Assembly: GCA_963700635.1 (NCBI GenBank)
Contig: CAVOYH010000003.1
Span: 1,248,001-1,312,000, forward strand
Direction of reading: 5' to 3'
DNA: 64,000 nt
Source: an uncultured Bacteroidota bacterium
Lineage (GTDB): Bacteria; Bacteroidota; Ignavibacteria; UBA10030; UBA6906
The notes under the pieces are model-generated. The model was not told the origin of the DNA. It did no database searches and saw only the letters and a list, made by a program, of their open reading frames with translations. Shown piece after piece: positions 38,463 through 47,774 of this stretch. The position numbers and the translations under genes are program-made. Position 1 is the stretch's first letter; every line of letters begins with the position of its first letter.

Positions 38463-39581
38463 CTACTTCACGAGTGACATCTTTCGTGTTGAAGAATACA
38501 CCCCTGCCTGCATCCGGGAGAAGTACACGCCGGAGGCAACTTTTTTCCCGTCAAGGTCCGTGCCGTCCCAGTCTACAGTGTATGTGCCGGGGGCATAATC
38601 CCTGTAGTCAATCAGTTCTTTGACCAGGCGGCCGTGCACATCGTAAATGGCCAGATCGACCCGTTGTGCCTGCGGAAGGGAGAACTGGATCCGGGTTTCG
38701 GGGTTGAACGGGTTTGGAAAGTTCTGTGACAGGTGATACGTTGCCGGCGGACCGGTAAGAGCCGCAACCGCTGATTGCACGTGCGGGTCTCCATGGCACT
38801 GCTTGCATTCCATCTTGGCCGCAACAGTGTCAGTGGCTGCCGAACCGTGGCAGGTCATGCAGCCGGTGACGGAAGCAGGGACAACGTACAGTGGTGAAAA
38901 CGTGCCTGCCAGCTCGTCATTCAGGATCTTTGCAGCGTATGCGGCGCAATCGCCGGTCAACCTGGCGCATCGTTCTTTCCGTTCGGTTGATCCGGTCTTG
39001 TACTGCGAGAGTTTTACCCAGTCGGCGACGGAAGCGTGGCAGAGCACTGACCCGCTCACGTTCTGGGGGAGGACCTTGTCACATCTGTTTTCAGTGAAGG
39101 TGTGATTGGAGGCCCTGTCATTGCTGATATCTGAGGGGAATTTCACCTGCGTGTACCAGCCGAACAGCTCGTTGATGAGGACGTCGGAGCGGGCTTTGAG
39201 GCACACAAGGGATATCAAGGCGGCAGCGCCGTTGATGGCACCGCAGGTTCCACCCCATCCTACCCCACCGCCATGCCCGTACACCATAATCTCCGATGGA
39301 AAAGAACTGTAGGGTTCGCCCACGGTCTCTCCCAGAGCGCGAGCGAGCGCATAGAATGCGCCATAGCTGCACCCCTTGCCGGAATAGAAGGCCTGATGTC
39401 CATAGTTCCGTACCACCTCGACGTCAAGAGTCTGATAGGGGTAGGGCCATGTGGCATAGACCTGGCTTGCGGTAGTGTGCGAACGGGAAACGAGACTGAG
39501 TGCTCCGGCACCGACGGCCATAGCGGCAACAGCTTTTGTGCTATTCTGCAGGAACTGCTTGCGGGACAATGCTTCTGACAT
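38463..39581 (-). CDS. Split-Soret cytochrome-like C_GCAxxG_C_C protein with two CxxCH and a C-terminal T9SS/FlgD-Ig domain
   Basis: GGAGG RBS; SRKQFL Tat-like signal; GCSYG, GGTCGAING, VLCHASV and ERCARL; CMTCH and CKQCH; QNFPNPFNP...SGVYF...KMSLVK tail. Confidence 0.8.
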   Translation of the reverse strand: MSEALSRKQFLQNSTKAVAAMAVGAGALSLVSRSHTTASQVYATWPYPYQTLDVEVVRNYGHQAFYSGKGCSYGAFYALARALGETVGEPYSSFPSEIMVYGHGGGVGWGGTCGAINGAAALISLVCLKARSDVLINELFGWYTQVKFPSDISNDRASNHTFTENRCDKVLPQNVSGSVLCHASVADWVKLSQYKTGSTERKERCARLTGDCAAYAAKILNDELAGTFSPLYVVPASVTGCMTCHGSAATDTVAAKMECKQCHGDPHVQSAVAALTGPPATYHLSQNFPNPFNPETRIQFSLPQAQRVDLAIYDVHGRLVKELIDYRDYAPGTYTVDWDGTDLDGKKVASGVYFSRMQAGVYSSTRKMSLVK

Positions 39582-39635
39582 GTCACCTCCGGGAATGAAT
39601 GATGAAAATGTTCCCATGCGAGCCACGGGAACGGA

Positions 39636-40094
39636 CTACGTGTCTTCGTGTAACCATCTGTCCAGTGAACCGAATAACTGTTCCAGCGCATGGACGATGG
39701 GCTGGTGCAATTCTGCCGGGATGTCCTTGAGGATCTCTTTGTGAATATCGATATAGCGGGACTCCAGACGCTGGGACAGGGTAGCTCCTTTTGGTGTAAG
39801 GGATACGCGCACACTACGCCTATCCTGCGGCTCGATGGCCCGGATGAGAAATCCTTTTGCTTCAAGGCTTGCCGCAATTTTGCTAAAACTGCTCCCTCCA
39901 ACCCCGCTCTCATCGATGACATCTTTAACCTGTCTGATCTTGGAGGTCCGGAATGCACGGAGGATCCTGAATTCGGTGACGGTGAGCCCGAATTGTTTGG
40001 CTATTCTCTCTTCCTTTTTCTGACAGCTTGAGAGCAGCTTGAATGTAAGATCCGCGACATCAGCTGCCTGCGTTTCCGGTAGGGAGGTTTCCAT
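39636..40094 (-). CDS. MarR-family transcriptional regulator
   Basis: GLTVTEFRIL and LEAKGFLIR...DRRSVRVSLTPKG motifs; start 40094 or 40109. Confidence 0.9.
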   Translation of the reverse strand: METSLPETQAADVADLTFKLLSSCQKKEERIAKQFGLTVTEFRILRAFRTSKIRQVKDVIDESGVGGSSFSKIAASLEAKGFLIRAIEPQDRRSVRVSLTPKGATLSQRLESRYIDIHKEILKDIPAELHQPIVHALEQLFGSLDRWLHEDT

Positions 40095-40228
40095 TGTGTC
40101 GTACTCCAATTATGTCATTATGCAAATATTTATTAGTATAAGCAATCAGGGTGACACTTTTTTTGACGAGATTAGGGTATTTATTGAGAAATGAGGATGT
40201 TATTCCCGGCAGCATGTTGAATAATGTC

Positions 40229-40273
40229 TTGACATTCACAGGTGTGAAAAGTATATTAATGCAAACGATTGCA
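40229..40273 (+). promoter_or_regulatory. Sigma70 promoter plus LacI-type operator
   Basis: TTGACA (40229)-17 nt-TATATT (40252); operator-like TGCAAACGATTGCA (40260-40273); the spacer holds a TTCACA-GG-TGTGAA palindrome. Confidence 0.75.
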
Positions 40274-40283
40274 CCTATTAGAA

Positions 40284-41306
40284 TTGGCCTGCACACTTAG
40301 CGATATCGCGCGCGAAACAGGATTTTCTGTCTCTACAGTGTCCCGCGTCCTCCACGATAATTCCAACCGATACAAAATCAGGGAGGACACGAAAGAGGCT
40401 ATCCGGCGTGTCGCGCATGCCCTCGGGTACACCCCCAACAAAATTGCCCGGGGGCTCCGTCTGAACCGCACCCACCAGTTGGGCATCATTGTCGCCGACC
40501 TTGCAAACCCGTTCTTTGCCACAATGGTAAAAAGTATTTCCAAAGAGGCAAGGAAATCCGGGTACAGTATTGTGGTCTGTGATTCGGATGAGAACACGCG
40601 CCTCGAAGAAGAGTCTCTCAGGACGCTCCTGGAAAACCGCGTTGACGGTCTGCTCATCGCTGCCGTCGGCCTGGAACGCGCCCACCTTAAACGGTACATG
40701 GCAGAGGGTGTCCCGTTCGTCTTCCTGGATCGCCTTTATGATGAACTGCCGGTTGACTCCGTCAGTGTGGACAACGTAAAAGGCGCGTATGATGCAACAC
40801 AGCATTTGATCCAGAACGGACACCAGCGCGTGGCGATCCTTCAGGGTCTTCCCGGAACATACGCCAGTACGGGGCGTGTGACGGGGTTCCGGGAGGCGCT
40901 TAAGAACGCAGGCATCGAGGTTCGGGAAGAATACATTGTCGGCGAGGACTTTGGGACGCGTAATGGTTTTCTCGGAACAAAACATTTACTCCACCTGCCG
41001 GAGCCGCCCACGGCCATCTTTGCTGCGGGCGATCTTCTTGCGCTCGGGGCACTTGATGCACTGCGCGAAGAACATGTTGTCATTCCGAGGGACATGGCAT
41101 TCATCAGCTTTGATGATCCCGGTTTTGCCGTTCACCTTTCTCCGCCGCTGACAGCAGTAGAGCAGCCAATAGAACAAATGGGTGAGATGGGCGTCAAACT
41201 CCTGCTTCGACGTTTCCTGGATCCATCGGCCGAGCCCCGGCACGTTCTCCTTGGACCCCGCCTTATCGTGCGTGAATCCGTCGCACCGCCCGGAGTCAAC
41301 AGGTAG
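40284..41306 (+). CDS. LacI-family transcriptional regulator
   Basis: TLSDIARETGFSVSTVSRVL HTH, LGYTPN and NPFF motifs; sugar-binding domain; TTG start probable. Confidence 0.93.
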   Translation: MACTLSDIARETGFSVSTVSRVLHDNSNRYKIREDTKEAIRRVAHALGYTPNKIARGLRLNRTHQLGIIVADLANPFFATMVKSISKEARKSGYSIVVCDSDENTRLEEESLRTLLENRVDGLLIAAVGLERAHLKRYMAEGVPFVFLDRLYDELPVDSVSVDNVKGAYDATQHLIQNGHQRVAILQGLPGTYASTGRVTGFREALKNAGIEVREEYIVGEDFGTRNGFLGTKHLLHLPEPPTAIFAAGDLLALGALDALREEHVVIPRDMAFISFDDPGFAVHLSPPLTAVEQPIEQMGEMGVKLLLRRFLDPSAEPRHVLLGPRLIVRESVAPPGVNR

Positions 41307-41309
41307 CGT

Positions 41310-42245
41310 ATGCCAAACCGTGTAGTCGTTGTGGGGAGCTACAACAGGGACATGGTACTGCGCACCTCTCACATCCCGCGTCCCGGTGAAACCGTCATTG
41401 GGGGTGCATTCGAGAGTGGCCATGGGGGAAAGGGAGCGAATCAGGCCGTCGCGGCGGCGCGGGCTGGTGCGGTGGTCTCATTGATAGGACGGGTCGGTAC
41501 CGATAACTTCGGGAATGAGGCAGTCCATGCCCTCACTTCTGAAGGGATCAACACCCGCCACCTGCTGAAGCACCCTTCCTCTCCCACCGGAACCGCGTGG
41601 ATCCTGGTTGACCAGCATGGCGAGAATTCCATTGTTGTAGCCTCCGGGGCAAATGCGGATGTGACGCCGGATGATATGGTCCGGGCACGTGACATCATTG
41701 CAGGGGCAGACATCCTGCTCGCACAGCTGGAATGCCCCCTCAATGCAGTGCGCACGGCTCTGGACATCGCTGCAGAACACTCAGTGCCCGTCATCCTGAA
41801 CCCTGCCCCGGCCTGTCCGTTACCCCCCGAACTTCTCCGTTCTGTGACAATCCTCACCCCGAATGCGATTGAAACGGAAATGCTGACCGGCATCCCCGTC
41901 ACAGATGACGAGCATCTTGCGGTTGCTGCAGACGCCCTGCTTGCGAAGGGAATTCGTACAGCCATTATCACTCTTGGTGCCAGGGGTGTGTACTACGCCT
42001 CCGGCACGACACGCGAACTCATCCCGGCTTTTACGGTGATACCGGTGGACACGACAGGTGCGGGAGATGTCTTCAACGGTGTGCTGGCAGCATTTTGCAG
42101 CAAGGGGTGCCCCGTTCTGGATGCCGTACGTGCGGCAAATGCAGCTGCCGCGTTGTGCGTGATGCGCCGGGGAGCCCAGCAGTCGATCCCTACCCTCGGT
42201 GAGATCCAGGCAGCACTGACATCGCTGGTCCCTTCCATTGCCTGA
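41310..42245 (+). CDS. rbsK: Ribokinase (PfkB family)
   Basis: VVGSYNxD, GGKGANQAVA, GENSIVV and DTTGAGDVFNG motifs. Confidence 0.88.
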   Translation: MPNRVVVVGSYNRDMVLRTSHIPRPGETVIGGAFESGHGGKGANQAVAAARAGAVVSLIGRVGTDNFGNEAVHALTSEGINTRHLLKHPSSPTGTAWILVDQHGENSIVVASGANADVTPDDMVRARDIIAGADILLAQLECPLNAVRTALDIAAEHSVPVILNPAPACPLPPELLRSVTILTPNAIETEMLTGIPVTDDEHLAVAADALLAKGIRTAIITLGARGVYYASGTTRELIPAFTVIPVDTTGAGDVFNGVLAAFCSKGCPVLDAVRAANAAAALCVMRRGAQQSIPTLGEIQAALTSLVPSIA

Positions 42246-42273
42246 CGTTCCCACCATGTCGGGGTAAGAGCAG

Positions 42274-43473
42274 TCAGATGATGCGCACCCGGATCGTGTG
42301 TTTCACGTTCAGAAGATCCGCGAAGAGTTCATCTTTATAGTGCGCGTCCACATCGGCAAGCACATATCCTATATGCTCGTTGGTCCGCAGATATTGTGTG
42401 AGAACATTAACATTGTTCTTGGCGAAGATCCCGTTGATCTCGGACAACACCCCCGGCACATTTTGATGGATGTGCAGCAGTCTGTGTGAAGGGATGCCGT
42501 CGGGGCGCGGCGCGACAATCCGTGGAAAATTTACACTGGCTGCTGTCGCTCCTGTGGAGACATACTCCAGAAGCTTACCGGACACAAACTCCGCTATATT
42601 TTCCTGCGCTTCTTCTGTGCTCCCCCCGATATGCGGTGTCAGGAGTACGTTGGGAAGCCCGTGCAACGGCGTAACAAACGGACTCTTGTTATCCTGCGGT
42701 TCAGAGGGAAAAACATCAATCGCGGCGCCCGCAATCCTCCCTGAACGTATCGCTGCCCCGAGCGCATCGATGTCCACGACATGCCCCCGGCTCAGATTCA
42801 GGAAGCAGACGCCGGGTTTCATCAAATCCAGTTCCCGTGCACCGATCAGCTTGGCATTGGCCGGAGTCCCATCCACATGAACGGTGATGACATCTGCAAT
42901 CCGGAGAATGTCGTCCAGAGACTTCATGCGTGTAGCGTTGCCAATGGACAGTTTGTCCACTATGTCATAATAGTACACATCCATTCCCATGGCTTCGGCA
43001 AGCGTCGAGACCTGGGATCCGATATTGCCGAAACCAACAATACCAAGCTTCTTTCCACGGATCTCTCTGGCCCGGTCTGTTGATTTGTCCCATGTGCCGT
43101 CCTGTGCCCGGACAATCTTCGGGTACAGCTGCCGTATCAGAAAGATAATTTCCGCGATGACCAGTTCCGCGACACTCCTGGTATTGCTGTACGGCGCGTT
43201 GAATACAGCAACACCCCTTGACGCGGCAGCATCAAGATCTATCTGATTAGTTCCGATGCAATAGGCACCGACGGCCAGAAGATCGGGCGCATGGGCAAGG
43301 ACCCGCGCGGAGATGTGCGAGTGTGACCGGATTCCGAGAAGCGTAATGTCCTTAAGCGTTTCAATCAGTTCGTCTTCACCGGGACTTCCTGCCTCTATTC
43401 TGACTGTATGGTTTTCAAAATGGAAAATCTCGTGGGCCCGGAGGTGAATGTTTTCAAGCAACAGGATGTTCAT
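42274..43473 (-). CDS. serA: D-3-phosphoglycerate dehydrogenase with C-terminal ACT domain
   Basis: LLLENIH, CIGTNQIDL, FNAPYSNTRSVAE, TPHIGGSTEEAQ and HQNVPGVL motifs. Confidence 0.93.
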   Translation of the reverse strand: MNILLLENIHLRAHEIFHFENHTVRIEAGSPGEDELIETLKDITLLGIRSHSHISARVLAHAPDLLAVGAYCIGTNQIDLDAAASRGVAVFNAPYSNTRSVAELVIAEIIFLIRQLYPKIVRAQDGTWDKSTDRAREIRGKKLGIVGFGNIGSQVSTLAEAMGMDVYYYDIVDKLSIGNATRMKSLDDILRIADVITVHVDGTPANAKLIGARELDLMKPGVCFLNLSRGHVVDIDALGAAIRSGRIAGAAIDVFPSEPQDNKSPFVTPLHGLPNVLLTPHIGGSTEEAQENIAEFVSGKLLEYVSTGATAASVNFPRIVAPRPDGIPSHRLLHIHQNVPGVLSEINGIFAKNNVNVLTQYLRTNEHIGYVLADVDAHYKDELFADLLNVKHTIRVRII

Positions 43474-43536
43474 GCCGAAACGCTCCTCCGGGTAATACCA
43501 TGTGCTGCGTGGTTACGGGGAATTGTCTTAACGAGA

Positions 43537-45837
43537 TTAGTTTTCTTTGTGTCCGGGTGTGACGGGCAGGAGTGGTGTTCCCGTTTCCGGATCGAGAACC
43601 AGCGTATGCGCGCCTTTGGGGAGCTCGAACGTCAGCCTTTTACCCGAGCGCAACACAACTTCATGCGTCCCACCCTCCTTCATGTGCACAACGAGCATGC
43701 CTCCGCCGGCATAAACGATATCGCCCTGGCGCGAATACACGTGTGCGCCGGACGACCGAAGGATAAACCGGAGTGGATCTGGTCCGGCATGGGGAACTGC
43801 CACATACCAGGCGTTGTGGTGTGCAAACCTCTTGAAAGCGATGGCAGGTTCTCCGGTCTCACGGAAGTGCCCGAACACCTCTGCACCGGGATCATGGATC
43901 GCAAAGAGGGGCGAGACGACCTGTGTTCCCGTGACATACGCCGAGGCTGTGTCGGAGGGGAGATTCATGTCGATCTCCGGGGGTTTTGACAGGGTTGCAG
44001 CGTCGACCCGGATGCCTGTGAGGTCAGAAATCGAGTCTGCCGACAACGTCTTTCCGTCACTGTATCCCGGGGCATAAAACCAGACCAGTGTTCGTCCGTC
44101 CCCTGCTACGTGCTGCCGGATGTACTGACGTTGCTCCGCCGAAAGCACATACACATTTCCGAACACGACGACCTTGTACGGAGAGAGATCGATGCGCGGG
44201 AGGTCATGGACATGGATAGGGTCAAAAACCACGCCACTTTTGAATGCCGCGAGCGAATTGTAATCGATCAGCACATTGGTGACGGGATCGCTGCCACGGA
44301 GACTCGCCGTATGGTAGAAGCTCTGTGTATCATACACAAAGAGTACGTCCGCTTCACTCTTATACGGTCTCTCGCGGTTGGTGTCCACCAGCAGTTTCAT
44401 CTTCCGGATATCTTCCAGGATCACAGAGTGGTCCCAGTTTCCGCGGCTGCCCCGCTGGTTATAGCGAAAGTTATCCAGGTCCACACCCGCAACGCCAAAA
44501 TCATAATACCAGAGCCCCATGCCTTTGGAGGCGGAATGCAGGACATTGCGGCGCGCCGCAGCAACTCCGTTCCCGAGAATCAGGTCGTGGTTGCCGGCCT
44601 GCGGGATCGGGATGGTGGATTCGGCGTCCATTTCGTCGAGCCAGAGTTTTCCATGCAGACGAATGGATGTTATGAGACTGCGAGACCGATATGCTTCACC
44701 CAATTTGAGTGCCTCGGGTTCATAGGCCTGTGGCCCGGAGAGGTAGTCGATGAAGGGGGATGCGAGAATACGGTGGAGCTCAAGATGGCCTCCGGCTGCC
44801 TGCCGTCCGAACACCGAAAAGTAGTATCCATAAAATGTCCCCGTGATCAGAGGACGGGGCCAGGTTTCTTTGGCGATGCGGGCGAAATGAAGAATGTTGT
44901 CTGCCACAAGCTCATGAACACATGTATAGTAGTCGATCGTGCGCTGTTCAGTCACCGGATTGCGAAAGATGCCGGCCGTCGTGCCGCGATCTGCAAGCCC
45001 GGGGAGCGTGGCGGAGGCAAGAGTGACGTTCGCCTTTCTCCACGCTTTCTGAAGAGCATCATCGGTGCCGTAGCGGTTCTGCAGCCAGGAACGGAATGTC
45101 CGCTCCATCGGTTGACTCACGTCCGGTTCATTGTGATAAAATCCCCAGTTGTGCCATTCGCCATAGACCCCGTTTGCCACCTGAATGCCCGCCAGGGCAT
45201 TGCCCTCCGGGGTGGCGGCGAGCGCGAACAGAAATTCGCGCAGTTTTGCCGTTGCCTCCGATTTCCAGAGCAACGATGCCATGCTGACGCGGCGCACGGG
45301 TCCGTTGTCTTCCTCAATAATGCGGGGCATACCCTCTGAGCTTTCATCCCGGGGTTCAACGTCGGCGTACCGCACCCATTCATCGGGGTGTTCCCGCATC
45401 CACCATTTGGGCGCCGTCACGTGAAACCGGAAAAAAACAGATGCATCGGGACACACCGAGAGGATTCCTGCGATCTGCCGTCTCGCGGCGGATATGTCCA
45501 TTGTCCCGTCGGGCTGCCAGCAATGATCGAAAAAAAGATCCACCTGAAAGAGCCGGATGCCTTGAGTGCAGAACTGGCGGATATTGTGCTGGGGCAACTC
45601 TTCCCACGACCATCGTCCGCCCGGGACATCCGTGAGCGCATATATCACGGGGCTTTCCGGTCTGTTGTTGATGAAGATTGTGGGTCGGTTGTTGTGCATA
45701 CGAATCTCGGACGAAAGAGGCGGCCGGGAAGGTTGGGGTGTGGACATGGCGATTTGGGCTAATGGTGGAAGATTCATCGAGAGAAAAAGAGCACAGAGCG
45801 TCAGCTTCTGGGTTGTGAAAGAAGAGAGCACGTTCAT
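43537..45837 (-). CDS. Putative glycoside hydrolase (GH42/beta-galactosidase-like TIM barrel plus GATase-like domain)
   Basis: GEWHNWG, FRSWLQNRYGT..L.KAW, FYGYY, WLDEMD and DLSPYKVVVF motifs; GGAG RBS; family assignment uncertain. Confidence 0.55.
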   Translation of the reverse strand: MNVLSSFTTQKLTLCALFLSMNLPPLAQIAMSTPQPSRPPLSSEIRMHNNRPTIFINNRPESPVIYALTDVPGGRWSWEELPQHNIRQFCTQGIRLFQVDLFFDHCWQPDGTMDISAARRQIAGILSVCPDASVFFRFHVTAPKWWMREHPDEWVRYADVEPRDESSEGMPRIIEEDNGPVRRVSMASLLWKSEATAKLREFLFALAATPEGNALAGIQVANGVYGEWHNWGFYHNEPDVSQPMERTFRSWLQNRYGTDDALQKAWRKANVTLASATLPGLADRGTTAGIFRNPVTEQRTIDYYTCVHELVADNILHFARIAKETWPRPLITGTFYGYYFSVFGRQAAGGHLELHRILASPFIDYLSGPQAYEPEALKLGEAYRSRSLITSIRLHGKLWLDEMDAESTIPIPQAGNHDLILGNGVAAARRNVLHSASKGMGLWYYDFGVAGVDLDNFRYNQRGSRGNWDHSVILEDIRKMKLLVDTNRERPYKSEADVLFVYDTQSFYHTASLRGSDPVTNVLIDYNSLAAFKSGVVFDPIHVHDLPRIDLSPYKVVVFGNVYVLSAEQRQYIRQHVAGDGRTLVWFYAPGYSDGKTLSADSISDLTGIRVDAATLSKPPEIDMNLPSDTASAYVTGTQVVSPLFAIHDPGAEVFGHFRETGEPAIAFKRFAHHNAWYVAVPHAGPDPLRFILRSSGAHVYSRQGDIVYAGGGMLVVHMKEGGTHEVVLRSGKRLTFELPKGAHTLVLDPETGTPLLPVTPGHKEN

Positions 45838-46206
45838 GAGTAAAACTCCCGGAGTATACGTTGAGTGCAGGAGGCAGTGGCACAATAGGGACAGAATAGG
45901 TAAAAGTTGGGAGGAAACAAAACCATTAGGAAATGGTCCGGGAAAAGGGTATCTTAAAACACTGCAAACCAGCGACATTCCGTAACCGGTCATCGTATCG
46001 GAAGCGGACGTGAGAGTTTCGCTCTCCGGTATCGATGCGCAGGGTTTTGTCGGGACGGGTGTTGTTGATCGCTTTTCGCTGATCCCCACCAAGTATCGTC
46101 TTCAAGAACGATTCATTCCCATTGGCACATCGCCAACAGAACTTCGCATAGATTTGTTGTGATCTGGGATTGCAGTGAACTAACCTTCACTATACAGGTA
46201 TCCCAC

Positions 46207-47751
46207 ATGGGTTTTTCAAGCATGGGTCTTTCAGGCCCTGTCATGCAGGGTGTTGAGGCAGCCGGTTATACGGTGCCCACCCCGATTCAAACACTTGCTA
46301 TTCGTCCCGCCCTTGAAGGGCGAGACATTATCGGTCTCGCGCAAACAGGGACCGGAAAGACGGCGGCCTTTGTTCTCCCTCTTTTGCACACGCTTGCAGC
46401 GGACCAGAAGGAGAAAGAGCGGCACCCCAGTCCAAGGGCTCTGGTCTTGACTCCCACACGCGAACTCGCGCAACAGATCCACACCGCAGTAGAGACATAC
46501 GGGCGGTTTGTCGGTTTGCGTTCCACGGCCATCTATGGCGGCGTGGATATGGACAAACAGCTCAAGCTCATCCGTCGCGGTCTGGATATTGCGATCGCAA
46601 CACCGGGCCGGCTGCTCGACCACCTCCAGAGGGGCTCCATTAATCTGGGATCGGTGAAGGTCCTTATTCTGGATGAAGCAGACCGGATGCTCGATATGGG
46701 CTTCATCCGGGATGTCCGGAAAATTATTGCCCGCGTTCCAACCGACAGGCAGACCATGTTGTTCTCTGCGACAATGCCGGATGAAATCAGCTCCCTTGCT
46801 GCCGAGGTGTTGCGTGATCCGGAAACGGTGGAAGTTGGAGAACGGCGCAGTCCCGTCGAAACGATCGAACAGTTTTTCTACACGGTGAGCCAGGATGCAA
46901 AAACAGCATTATTGCTGCATGCACTCGATACCGAGCGTATGGAGAGTATCCTGGTCTTTGCACGGACGAAGCACGGCGCCGACAAGATTTCCCGGCGACT
47001 GGAGCGCAGTGGGGTCACGACTGCAGCCATCCACTCCAACAGGTCACAGGGGCAACGTGATCGTGCGCTGGAGGCGTTCAAGAAGGGAAGGATCAGAGTC
47101 CTTGTCGCCACAGACATCGCAGCCCGCGGACTCGACGTGAGCGGCATCTCTCATGTTGTGAACTATGATATCCCCCATCAGGCGGAAGACTACATCCACC
47201 GGATCGGGCGGACCGGCAGGGCCGGGGCTGACGGAGACGCCATTACATTCGTTGCCCGCGAAGATCAGCAGTATCTACAGCGGATCGAACGGTTTACCGG
47301 CAAGCGTGTTCAGGTAAAAAGTTATCCTGGGTTCGTCGCGCCACCACCATCTCCCCGTACGGCGACACACGCACATCCCGGAGCGCGCAAGCATTCCGGA
47401 TCACAAAGACACCCTGCAAGCTCTGCATCGCGGGGCCAATCGGGGCACGCTGCATCGCGGGGTCAATCGGGGAACTCTGCATCGCGGGGTCAGTCAGGGA
47501 ACTCCGCATCGCAAAACCCATCCGGAAACTACCCATCGCAGGGTTATTCCGGACATTCCGGATCTCAGGGGCGCCCGGCACATTCCGCTGGCGCCAAACG
47601 GAGCCCCGGAGCCTCGGTCTCTCCCTGGAAGAAACGTGGTCCCCAGAAAAAGAAACGTACGCCTGTTGTTGCAGCCCGGAAAAGAACCCCTCTGAAGAAG
47701 CTGGATTCGTTCTCTTCCCACGGCGGCGGTGGCGGCTGGTCAAACCAATAA
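46207..47751 (+). CDS. DEAD-box RNA helicase (RhlE-like)
   Basis: PTPIQ, AQTGTGKT, PTRELA, TPGRL, DEAD, SAT, ARGLD and HRIGRTGRAG motifs; basic low-complexity tail. Confidence 0.95.
   Translation: MGFSSMGLSGPVMQGVEAAGYTVPTPIQTLAIRPALEGRDIIGLAQTGTGKTAAFVLPLLHTLAADQKEKERHPSPRALVLTPTRELAQQIHTAVETYGRFVGLRSTAIYGGVDMDKQLKLIRRGLDIAIATPGRLLDHLQRGSINLGSVKVLILDEADRMLDMGFIRDVRKIIARVPTDRQTMLFSATMPDEISSLAAEVLRDPETVEVGERRSPVETIEQFFYTVSQDAKTALLLHALDTERMESILVFARTKHGADKISRRLERSGVTTAAIHSNRSQGQRDRALEAFKKGRIRVLVATDIAARGLDVSGISHVVNYDIPHQAEDYIHRIGRTGRAGADGDAITFVAREDQQYLQRIERFTGKRVQVKSYPGFVAPPPSPRTATHAHPGARKHSGSQRHPASSASRGQSGHAASRGQSGNSASRGQSGNSASQNPSGNYPSQGYSGHSGSQGRPAHSAGAKRSPGASVSPWKKRGPQKKKRTPVVAARKRTPLKKLDSFSSHGGGGGWSNQ
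47422..47583 (+). repeat. 27-bp coding tandem repeat, six progressively diverged copies (SASRGQSGH/N)
   Basis: Units start at 47422, 47449, 47476, 47503, 47530 and 47557. Confidence 0.8.
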
Positions 47752-47774
47752 ACGCGACACTACTCCGGACACCC

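Noticed and set aside
44110-45339. 409-aa plus-strand ORF
   Set aside because: Antisense shadow of the glycoside-hydrolase-like gene, with no motifs.
45838-46092. N-terminal extension of the 851-aa ORF
   Set aside because: An RBS-supported ATG lies at 45837; the upstream part is likely a divergent promoter/leader region.
47422-47583. Possible CRISPR array
   Set aside because: The repeats are contiguous, have no spacers, lie in frame within a helicase gene, and no cas genes are present.
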